Assembly (NCBI GenBank): GCA_036489375.1
Contig: DASXFX010000054.1
Span: 64,210-128,209, forward strand
Source: Candidatus Binataceae bacterium
Lineage (GTDB): Bacteria > Desulfobacterota > Binatia > Binatales > Binataceae
Direction of reading: 5' to 3'
DNA length: 64,000 bases
The position numbers and the translations under genes were made by a program. Under the pieces are notes generated by a model. It was not told the DNA's origin. It searched no databases and saw only the letters and a program-made list of their open reading frames with translations. This document shows positions 56,542-64,000 of this stretch, piece after piece (positions within the stretch are counted from its first letter, which is position 1; each line of letters starts with the position of its first letter).

Positions 56542-57723
56542 ATGAGCGCATCAGACGAAGCGAAAATAAAGCCGGCCCACCGCATCCAGTTCGCGTTCAC
56601 GGACGAGCAGGAGCAGTTCCGATCGGCGATACGGCGGTTTCTGAGCGATAAATCGCCGACGACCGAGGTTCGGCGCCTGATGGCTTCGGATGACGGTTAC
56701 GATCCGAAGGTGTGGCGTCAGCTCAGCGAGGAGCTGGCGCTGCCCGGCGTGCATATACCGGAGCAATATGGCGGCGCGGGTTTCGGCATGGTGGAGCTTG
56801 GCATCGTTGCAGAGGAACTCGGGCGTGCATTGTTGTGCGCGCCCTACTTCTCAACTGCGGTGCTGGCGGCCAATGCGATATTGAACGCGGGCACCGAGGA
56901 ACAGAAGGCGAGCTTGTTGCCCGACCTGGCGAGCGGAGCGCGACTTGCGACGCTCGCAGTGACGGAACTTAACGGTCTGTGGGACCCACGGGATCCGCAA
57001 GCGATCGGACTCGTCGCTACCCCGGCAGCGGACGGCTATCTCCTCAATGGGACGAAAAGCTACGTCGTTGACGGTCATGTCGCGGAGTTGATTGTGGTAG
57101 CGGCGCGCTTACCCGCGACGACCGGTGCTGAGGGCCTCGCGCTATTCACGCTGCGCGCAGATTCGGGCGGCGTCGAGCGACGGCGGCTGGAATCGATGGA
57201 TGCGACGCGCAAGCTGGCGCGCATCGATTTTCGCGGCGCGCATGCGGACTTACTCGGCACCTTGGAAGACGGTGCAAAGCCGCTCTTGCGCACATTGGAC
57301 CAGGCCGCGATCGCGCTCGCCAATGAGATGGTGGGCGGGGCGCAGGCGTTGTTCGACTCGGCGGTGGATTACGCGAAGCTGCGAGTTCAATTTGGGCGAA
57401 CGATCGGCTCGTTTCAGGCGATCAAACACAAGTGTGCTGACATGCTACTCGATTTGGAACTGGCCAAGTCAGCGGCTTACTATGCGGCTCAAGCAGCGGC
57501 GGTGGAGGATCCTGAATGGCCCGCGATGGCATGTCTCGCCAAAGCCGCGGCGTCGGAGACTTACATGCGGATGGCGGCCGAATGTATTCAGCTTCACGGC
57601 GGCATCGGCTTCACCTGGGATAACGACACGCATCTATGGTTCAAGCGGGCCAAAAGTTCCGAGGTATTTCTCGGGCAGCCTAACTACCATCGCGAACTCT
57701 TGATGCAGCGTTGGGGAGTTTGA
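56542..57723 (+). CDS. Acyl-CoA dehydrogenase family protein (GGIGFTW-type C-terminus)
   Basis: ACAD N/M/C domains. C-terminal QLHGGIGFTWDNDTHLWFKRAK. Confidence 0.8.
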   Translation: MSASDEAKIKPAHRIQFAFTDEQEQFRSAIRRFLSDKSPTTEVRRLMASDDGYDPKVWRQLSEELALPGVHIPEQYGGAGFGMVELGIVAEELGRALLCAPYFSTAVLAANAILNAGTEEQKASLLPDLASGARLATLAVTELNGLWDPRDPQAIGLVATPAADGYLLNGTKSYVVDGHVAELIVVAARLPATTGAEGLALFTLRADSGGVERRRLESMDATRKLARIDFRGAHADLLGTLEDGAKPLLRTLDQAAIALANEMVGGAQALFDSAVDYAKLRVQFGRTIGSFQAIKHKCADMLLDLELAKSAAYYAAQAAAVEDPEWPAMACLAKAAASETYMRMAAECIQLHGGIGFTWDNDTHLWFKRAKSSEVFLGQPNYHRELLMQRWGV

Positions 57724-58971
57724 GTGATGAGCAAGGTTAGTGAAAGCCAGGTGAGAGCCGAGGTACGAACTTGGCTCGCAGAACATTGGGATCCGGAATT
57801 GTCACTGGTGGCGTGGCGCAACATGCTCGCGGATTCGGGTTGGGGCATGCCGCAATGGCCTGAGGAATGGTATGGGCGCGGGTTGCCGGTGGGATTGGCG
57901 CGCGTGGTCGAGGAGGAATTCGCCAATGTGGGAGCAGTAGGTGTCGCGAAGTCGGGAGTACGGCTGCTGGCGGCGGCTACACTGCTCGAGCACGGAACGG
58001 ATCTGCATAAGAAGAAGTTCCTGCGCCGGATTCTCACCGGGGAAGATACCTGGTGCCAGCTATTCAGCGAGCCGGGCAGCGGCTCGGACCTAGCCGGTGC
58101 AACAACGCGGGCGGATCTGAATGGAGACTACTGGATCATCAACGGGCAGAAGGTGTGGACGACCAGTGCGCATCACGCCAACTACGGCATGTTGCTCGCG
58201 CGCACCGACTGGGACGCGCCCAAGCATGAGGGGCTTTCGTATTTTGTGATCGAGGTCAAGCAGCCGGGAGTTGACGTGCAGCCGCTCAAGCAGATGAACG
58301 GCCACGCGTCATTCAACCAGGTGTTCTTCACCGACGCGAAGGTTCCGCAGGAGAACCTGGTATCCGCGGTCGGCGATGGCTGGAAGGTCGCGATGACGAC
58401 GCTAGCGCACGAGCGACGCGGCGCCGATGGAACGACTGCACCATCGAAGCGCGGATCGCGCACGGGACGCATCTACCTTGAAGAGCGGGCGGAGGTCGAG
58501 ACGGCATTGCAGCCTTATCGATGGTATCCGCAGCGCGCAGGCCGCGTCGACCTCGTCATCGAACGCGCGAAGGAGACCGGGACGGACAAAGATCCTCACG
58601 TGCGCCAGGAAATCGCGAAGCTGATGATCATGGCGAAGTCGGCCGAGTGGACCGCGCGGCGTGCGCGCGCCGCTCAACGACAAGGACGGCCTCAGGGTCC
58701 GGAAGGCTCGCTTGGAAAGCTGGCAGCGAGCAACGTCGCTCGTGCAGCCGCTCACGCGCACACGTTGATTACAGGCGCGGAAGCGATGTTAACGGGAGGC
58801 GGGAGCCCGCGTGACGGAATCATCGCAGAGATACTCGTGTCGGTGCCCGCGACGTCGATTGCGGGCGGCACGGATGAGATTCAGCGCAATATCATCGCCG
58901 AGCGCGTACTCGAGTTGCCGAAGGAGCCACGCTTCGACACCGGTCCATTCCGAAAGGTTCGCAGGAACTAG
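57724..58971 (+). CDS. Acyl-CoA dehydrogenase family protein
   Basis: WCQLFSEPGSGSDLAG, IAGGTDEIQRNIIAERVLELP. Start GTG 57724 or ATG 57727, directly abutting the upstream TGA. Confidence 0.8.
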   Translation: MMSKVSESQVRAEVRTWLAEHWDPELSLVAWRNMLADSGWGMPQWPEEWYGRGLPVGLARVVEEEFANVGAVGVAKSGVRLLAAATLLEHGTDLHKKKFLRRILTGEDTWCQLFSEPGSGSDLAGATTRADLNGDYWIINGQKVWTTSAHHANYGMLLARTDWDAPKHEGLSYFVIEVKQPGVDVQPLKQMNGHASFNQVFFTDAKVPQENLVSAVGDGWKVAMTTLAHERRGADGTTAPSKRGSRTGRIYLEERAEVETALQPYRWYPQRAGRVDLVIERAKETGTDKDPHVRQEIAKLMIMAKSAEWTARRARAAQRQGRPQGPEGSLGKLAASNVARAAAHAHTLITGAEAMLTGGGSPRDGIIAEILVSVPATSIAGGTDEIQRNIIAERVLELPKEPRFDTGPFRKVRRN

Positions 58972-59090
58972 CCGAGATTGCGCCGGCAGCATCGATCGAA
59001 CCTGTTGGCTGCACCGGGCGCGCTCAAGGTGCCGGCGCTGAGCCCGCGCATCACGCTCAAATGCGGCCCGTGGGCACTTACAAAGCCGCC

Positions 59091-60353
59091 TCAAGTGCGC
59101 GGACTTAGACGACCCTCCGCCGCGGCCATCGGATCGTAGCCGGGGGTGCGAAAGAGATTGTGCAATTGACGCCGCCGCACACCCATATTGCCGCCGTCGT
59201 ATAGTGGAAAGCACAGGGCATCCTGCATCAGACCGGCGAGCGGCGTCATATCCGTATAACTATCGACTCCAACCAATCGCATCGCGTCGTACACCACCTG
59301 CACCGCCAGCTCGGAGCAATAGACCTTGGCGATGACCGCCATTTCCAGACCCTCGCCACTGGTTGTGTCTAGATAGTGGCATGCCTTCCACGCTAGATAA
59401 CGCGACGCTTCGATTCTCATCTTGAGGTCGGCGAGCATATAGCCTGCATTCTGATATTCGATCACGGGCACCGGCCCCGATCGATAATCGTTCTTGGCGA
59501 AATCGAACGCGCAATCGAAGGCCGCGCGCATCACTCCGGTGCAGGCCGCTCCGATCAACGCCGCCGTCCAGGCGAAGACCTTCGCGGTCATCGCTACTCC
59601 ATCTCCCGGCCGCCCGAGTAGATTCGCAGCCGGCACGCGCACCTCATTGAAATGGATTCTCGGCGAGACCACCGCTCGATGCCCGACCGTATCGATTATT
59701 CCCGCAATCTCGATTCCTGGGCTGTCACCGGGCACCACGATAATTGCCAGCGACTCCTGGGGCGGCTTGTCCGGGTCCGTGCGGCAAACCACCGTGAACA
59801 GGTCCGCTCCCTTGCCATCCCATCCCGTGCCATTGGTGGTGTAGTGCTTTTGCCCACTTATCACCCAATGGTCGCCGTCCCGGCGCGCGAATGTTCGCAC
59901 TCCGAAGCGCGGATCGGGTGTGTCGAAATTGGCGCCACCGGTAACCTCGGTGAAAGCCAGCGCTGCCAGACGCGCTCCATTCGTGGCCAGGTAAGGAGTG
60001 AGGAACTCGCGTTTTTGCTCGGCGCTGCCATAACGGATTATCGGTTCGAGCCCGAGACCAGTGGCCAGCAGGGCACTGGGGGCGTTGATGTCAACCGTCG
60101 CGAATTCCTCGGCGGCGATCGCAAAATCGATTGCCGACAGGCCTGTGCCGCCGAACTCTTCCGGTATCAAAGCCCTGGTAAAGCCGGCCTCGACCATTTT
60201 TTCGTAGAACGGTCGAATCGCGTAAAAGCGATCTTCCGGCCGCGCTATGTTTGCAATTGCGGCCTTGACGCCAGTTAGTACGCGCTGCGCAAAGTCGCGC
60301 GTATCGGCTTGCAACCTTACCTGCGATTCACTCAAGCTAAAGTCAATTGCCAT
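59091..60353 (-). CDS. Acyl-CoA dehydrogenase family protein
   Basis: ACAD fold blocks (FTEVTGGANFD...ISGQKHYTTNG...). C-terminal LYDGGNMGVRRRQL. Confidence 0.75.
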   Translation of the reverse strand: MAIDFSLSESQVRLQADTRDFAQRVLTGVKAAIANIARPEDRFYAIRPFYEKMVEAGFTRALIPEEFGGTGLSAIDFAIAAEEFATVDINAPSALLATGLGLEPIIRYGSAEQKREFLTPYLATNGARLAALAFTEVTGGANFDTPDPRFGVRTFARRDGDHWVISGQKHYTTNGTGWDGKGADLFTVVCRTDPDKPPQESLAIIVVPGDSPGIEIAGIIDTVGHRAVVSPRIHFNEVRVPAANLLGRPGDGVAMTAKVFAWTAALIGAACTGVMRAAFDCAFDFAKNDYRSGPVPVIEYQNAGYMLADLKMRIEASRYLAWKACHYLDTTSGEGLEMAVIAKVYCSELAVQVVYDAMRLVGVDSYTDMTPLAGLMQDALCFPLYDGGNMGVRRRQLHNLFRTPGYDPMAAAEGRLSPRT

Positions 60354-60494
60354 GTCGCTCTTACCTTTGATTGATTTTCGCGGCGAGCCGTACTTCTGGT
60401 CACGACGCTTACCGGACGCGTACGATCATCGAGATCCAAGCTACACGATCTGCAGTCAAATGATTTCGCTTGCGGCACCGAGAACCAATTTCCC

Positions 60495-60962
60495 TCACGG
60501 AGAGAAGGATCGCGTACGATGCCACTGCTCGCTCGCGACGTCGCCCGGGTTAGTATTGCTGAGCACTATCAGGTCGCCTCCGTCCGCCACCGCGAGACTT
60601 TGACTGTACGACCCCGCGGCACATCCGGGGCCGCCGTCGAAGAAATTGATCGCATTGGTACCAGAGCCATCTGCGGCGAGAGTGTAGGTGCCATTTAACT
60701 TGAAGCTACAGACTGACCCATTCAAATTGATGGTCTCATGACCGCTCAGTTTGCCATGACCATCTGAAACGAAAATGCCGGTTCCCGCAAATGGCACAGG
60801 TGATCCACCAGTCGTCGTGCCGGAAAAGAGGCTGGCGTAGCTTCCGCTGAGCAGCCACAGCGCCGGCACTGGACCGGCCGCAGCAACATTTCCGCTTTGC
60901 TGCAGCACCGCGAAAACCAAAGCAGTGGCGAACAGGAAATAAGTAGGCCGCAAGCGCTTCAT
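60495..60962 (-). CDS. Small secreted Gly/Ser/Thr-rich beta-type protein, unknown function
   Basis: Signal peptide MKRLRPTYFLFATALVFAVLQQSGNVAAA. GGAGGA SD immediately upstream of ATG 60962. Confidence 0.6.
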   Translation of the reverse strand: MKRLRPTYFLFATALVFAVLQQSGNVAAAGPVPALWLLSGSYASLFSGTTTGGSPVPFAGTGIFVSDGHGKLSGHETINLNGSVCSFKLNGTYTLAADGSGTNAINFFDGGPGCAAGSYSQSLAVADGGDLIVLSNTNPGDVASEQWHRTRSFSP

Positions 60963-61150
60963 GATTCCTCCTAAAGCCTCATCCGATAGAACCATTGGGC
61001 CGAAGTCGACGCAAATATAGATTGGCCGCAAGACCGCGATTCAGATTAGCCGTACACAATGATATAAACCGCATTCTCGTCGAACCGTCCCACAGCACGT
61101 TATACTCTGAAAATCAGGGAGGGTGAACGTGGGTTTAGCGAGGTAATCAA

Positions 61151-61927
61151 TTGAAGATAGCAACCTTCAACGTCAACGGCGTCAATGGTCGCCTGCCGGG
61201 CCTTCTGCGCTGGCTTGCCGAATTTAAGCCGGATGTCGCATGTCTTCAGGAGTTGAAGGCTCCCCAGGAGAACTTTCCGGAAGCCGCGATTCGCGAGGCC
61301 GGTTACGGCGTGATCTGGCACGGCCAGAAGAGTTGGAACGGCGTCGCGATTCTCGCGCGCGGCCGGGAACCGATCGAGAGTCGTCGAGGGTTGCCCGGCG
61401 ATCCCGACGATACGCATAGCCGCTACATCGAAGCTTCGATCGATGACGTGCTGGTGGGTTGCCTTTATCTTCCCAATGGCAACCCAGCGCCCGGCCCCAA
61501 GTATGAATACAAACTGCGCTGGCTGGAGCGCCTGGTGAAACATGCCGAGTCGCTACTCGCCACCGCGGCGCCGGTCGTTCTCGCAGGCGACTACAATGTC
61601 ATACCCACAGAGCTTGACGTCTATAAGCCGGAACGGTGGGTCAAAGATGCACTATTTCGGCCCGAAGTACGCGAGGCCTTTGCTAATCTCGTTGCGAGCG
61701 GCTGGACCGACGCCGTACGTGAACTGCATCCGGGCGAGCGCATCAACACCTTTTGGGATTACTTCCGAAACGCCTACGAACGCGATGCGGGACTGCGAAT
61801 CGACCACCTGCTACTCAGCCCGCCGGTCGCCAAACGCCTTGTAAGTGCGGGAGTGGATCGTGTAGTCCGCGGATGGGAAAAGGCCAGCGATCACGCACCT
61901 ACATGGGTAGAACTCACTAACCACTGA
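61151..61927 (+). CDS. xthA: Exodeoxyribonuclease III
   Basis: (M)KIATFNVNGVNGRL...PDVACLQELK...SDHAPTWVEL, canonical EEP/ExoIII motifs. TTG start. TATACT -10-like hexamer at 61101-61106. Confidence 0.9.
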   Translation: MKIATFNVNGVNGRLPGLLRWLAEFKPDVACLQELKAPQENFPEAAIREAGYGVIWHGQKSWNGVAILARGREPIESRRGLPGDPDDTHSRYIEASIDDVLVGCLYLPNGNPAPGPKYEYKLRWLERLVKHAESLLATAAPVVLAGDYNVIPTELDVYKPERWVKDALFRPEVREAFANLVASGWTDAVRELHPGERINTFWDYFRNAYERDAGLRIDHLLLSPPVAKRLVSAGVDRVVRGWEKASDHAPTWVELTNH

Positions 61928-62059
61928 TGCTATTGAGCAATGGCCGGCTGCAAGCTCGTTCGAAGGACTAAGCCAGCCGCACCTTGGTGTCGCAGAAAGC
62001 AGGTAGCTTGCCTCTTACTTAAAACTGTTAGAGGACTGGTCGATTCGATCTGTTACTGT

Positions 62060-62617
62060 TCAAGCCCGGCGAGGAGTACCGGTGTCTCCGGAGCGCAGGA
62101 TTTCCAAAAGGCGCTTCATCGCGATTCGCACTTCGATCGCGAAGGGTATGGTCGCGAGAAGATAGATGAATAAGCTCATCACGAGCAGTAGCATTCGGGC
62201 GCCAAACGGCCCGGCCAGGCTCGAATCGACGGCCACGGAACCCCATGCCAGGAAGAGTATTACGCTTAGCCAGAAGGGTACTACCGGCCACACCAACCGC
62301 ATCTTGAGACTCACCTGGCTACCCGGGCCATCGCCCCGGAAGTTCCCCTCTATAACCGGCAAAAAGGAATTCTGATAGCGGACGATTCGAAGAATTTTGA
62401 AGCGGCCGCCTGCAACCCGGCCCTCAAAATATCCGCGCTTGGCGGAAGTGCGCCATCCCCATTTTCGCGGCGGCTCAACGATCTCCTGTAGCACGCGAGA
62501 GGCATGCGCGATGCTCATGGGCGTCGAGAATTCGAATTTACGAAATGGCGGCCGCAGACACTCGATCAGTCGATCAGGATTGAAATCAGGCCCGGTGATC
62601 CGTTCGGCTTCAAACAT
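62060..62617 (-). CDS. Hypothetical membrane protein (soluble N-domain plus 2 C-terminal TMS)
   Basis: Coding-like composition. TM segments VWPVVPFWLSVILFLAWGSVAV and LLLVMSLFIYLLATIPFAI. No family recognised. Confidence 0.5.
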   Translation of the reverse strand: MFEAERITGPDFNPDRLIECLRPPFRKFEFSTPMSIAHASRVLQEIVEPPRKWGWRTSAKRGYFEGRVAGGRFKILRIVRYQNSFLPVIEGNFRGDGPGSQVSLKMRLVWPVVPFWLSVILFLAWGSVAVDSSLAGPFGARMLLLVMSLFIYLLATIPFAIEVRIAMKRLLEILRSGDTGTPRRA

Positions 62618-62822
62618 TGGTCAGGCACGACCGTCCGATCGTAACGCAATCGCACAGTCGAATCACCAAGACCCGAACACTTCGCAGGCTGTCGGAACTA
62701 GAGTCTTCTCCTGTAGATATGACCCCCGCAATGTCTAACCAGTGGCCACTCGCGGTCTCTCCATGCGCATCAACCGGCGCCTCCGATCGGTTCGCATCAG
62801 CCTAGGTATGCTGACAATCGGT

Positions 62823-63236
62823 TCACCCGGGCATCTTTGGAAATTTCGGTATATTCTCCGCTATCAACGCCCACGAGGGCGCACTCGAAGTATAAACGCT
62901 GATACTCGGAGTGAATCGGCTCGGATCGTCCAGGCTGGACGGCTTTATACCCATAACGTCGGGCATGGCCGCAAGCAAAGAAAACAGGGGCGAGCCGCAG
63001 CCCGGGCAGAAACCACGGCTAATCTTTTCGCCGCTGTCTGCAGTCACCTCAAAGTATCGGGCTTCGCCTTTGAGAATCTTGACGCTCGCCTTCGGCATTC
63101 CCAGAATCGAGGCCATCGCCGTGCCGCTCGAACGCTGGCAGTCGCGGCAGTAGCAGTTTCCCCTGAAGACAGGTTCCCCCGAACATTCGTAGCGAATTGC
63201 GCCACAAGCGCATCCGCCTGTCAGTAACTCGGCCAT
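62823..63236 (-). CDS. GFA (glutathione-dependent formaldehyde-activating / CENP-V) family protein
   Basis: Zinc-cysteine pattern GGCACGAIRY...CYCRDCQR...GFCPGCGSPL. GGGAGGG SD upstream of ATG 63236. Confidence 0.8.
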   Translation of the reverse strand: MAELLTGGCACGAIRYECSGEPVFRGNCYCRDCQRSSGTAMASILGMPKASVKILKGEARYFEVTADSGEKISRGFCPGCGSPLFSLLAAMPDVMGIKPSSLDDPSRFTPSISVYTSSAPSWALIAENIPKFPKMPG

Positions 63237-63507
63237 AAATGTGCCCTCCCACGAAATACCCGGAGCATAGCACGGCCAGATGTAATGTCGCTGCCGAACC
63301 ACAGTTGCCATCTCGCGCATCCAAACGAAAGATATAACTGCCTAGCGCGGACTCCCTGTTGCGCTCCCCATGAATTGCTCTTTGCCTTGGCATTCTCTAC
63401 CCGGCCTTCGAGAAACTCTGCCCGCTGCATAATGGTCATGAAGGAGGTCGTGTGCGCGCAACCACGACGGCTTCCTGAATACGGCCGACGACGACGGAAT
63501 CAAGGTA

Positions 63508-64000
63508 ATGATTCCGATTTCCAATTACACGGCCTCGCTGACCGACGCCTCCTGCTGCGGGATCTCGCCAAATAAGGCAGGTTTCAATCCGGCTTTTAAC
63601 AACGTCAAGGCCATCTTCAATGAAATCTATCCCAACGGCGGCACGACTCCGCATCGCGGCGCCAAGGTCTGGGACATAATGAACGAGTTCGATTTCGAGC
63701 AGGCCGGACCGGAGAAAGTCGCGTTCATTATTCAGTCGGTCTTGAGCCTGGAGCAGCAGCGCGGGGTGAGCGCGGCCAACCAACTGCCGTTCGCGGTGCC
63801 GGTTTCATTCGCGGTCCGCGATGCACAGAATTACCGGGCGGATAACGCCCCCCAGCCGGCGATCTACGCGCAGGCTGAGGCAATTTATAAACAGCTCCAT
63901 CCGGGGCAGCGCCCGCCCGGAGGCGTGCTCGCGATCATGGCGTTGTCGATAGCCTTTGAGAACGCGCAGACCTCTTATAAGCGCGGGAACGAGCAAGCGG
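63508..64000 (+). CDS. Hypothetical protein, open-ended at window edge (possibly TIM-barrel hydrolase-like); 5' end uncertain; absent from ORF track
   Basis: The frame is open from 63442 to 64000: ...NTADDDGIKVMIPISNYTASLTDASCCGISPNKAGFNPAFNNVKAIFNEIYPNGGTTPHRGAKVWDIMNEFDFEQ... GC3-rich codon usage. The first in-frame ATG is at 63508. Confidence 0.45.
   Translation, partial: MIPISNYTASLTDASCCGISPNKAGFNPAFNNVKAIFNEIYPNGGTTPHRGAKVWDIMNEFDFEQAGPEKVAFIIQSVLSLEQQRGVSAANQLPFAVPVSFAVRDAQNYRADNAPQPAIYAQAEAIYKQLHPGQRPPGGVLAIMALSIAFENAQTSYKRGNEQA

Overview
GC-rich (about 60% G+C by eye, not computed) bacterial chromosomal segment, densely coding with about 55 credible CDS. Most of it is accessory redox and catabolic content. 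This includes two LLM/F420-type oxidoreductases, two CaiB/BaiF CoA-transferase paralogs, four acyl-CoA dehydrogenases, a TPP enzyme, a CocE/NonD hydrolase, a D-aminoacylase, a GST and a GFA protein. There is a clear amine theme: a copper/TPQ amine oxidase, a Tat-exported flavin amine oxidase, glutamate decarboxylase, N-formylglutamate amidohydrolase, and a prokaryotic pentameric ligand-gated ion channel. Other modules are an ECF sigma/anti-sigma/DUF3106 operon facing a secreted His-Pro repeat protein, an RND efflux pair with a divergent GntR regulator, and modABC with a divergent XRE-HTH/PBP-like regulator next to an orphan molybdopterin subunit. There is also a small lower-GC island carrying an AlbA_2/Schlafen-like protein and an orphan AbrB antitoxin. 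I found no rRNA, intact tRNA, CRISPR array, transposase or integrase. Two open-ended CDS at the window edges (1-1040 minus, 63508-64000 plus) are missing from the supplied ORF track. The structures not explained by genes are as follows. (1) A recurrent intergenic element in at least four copies, with a -10-like box/mini-ORF, a variable core and an invariant AAACGAACCC box. (2) A 440-bp degenerate tandem array that reiterates the 3' end of the adjacent LLM gene. (3) Six 18-bp tandem repeats upstream of a CoA-transferase gene. (4) Twin divergent ECF-type promoters, both TGTAAAC-N17-CGTC. (5) Several perfect palindromes in divergent promoter regions. (6) A MarR regulator with a decapeptide-repeat tail that continues in frame past its TGA stop. 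All functional calls come from motif recognition by eye; no database search was run.
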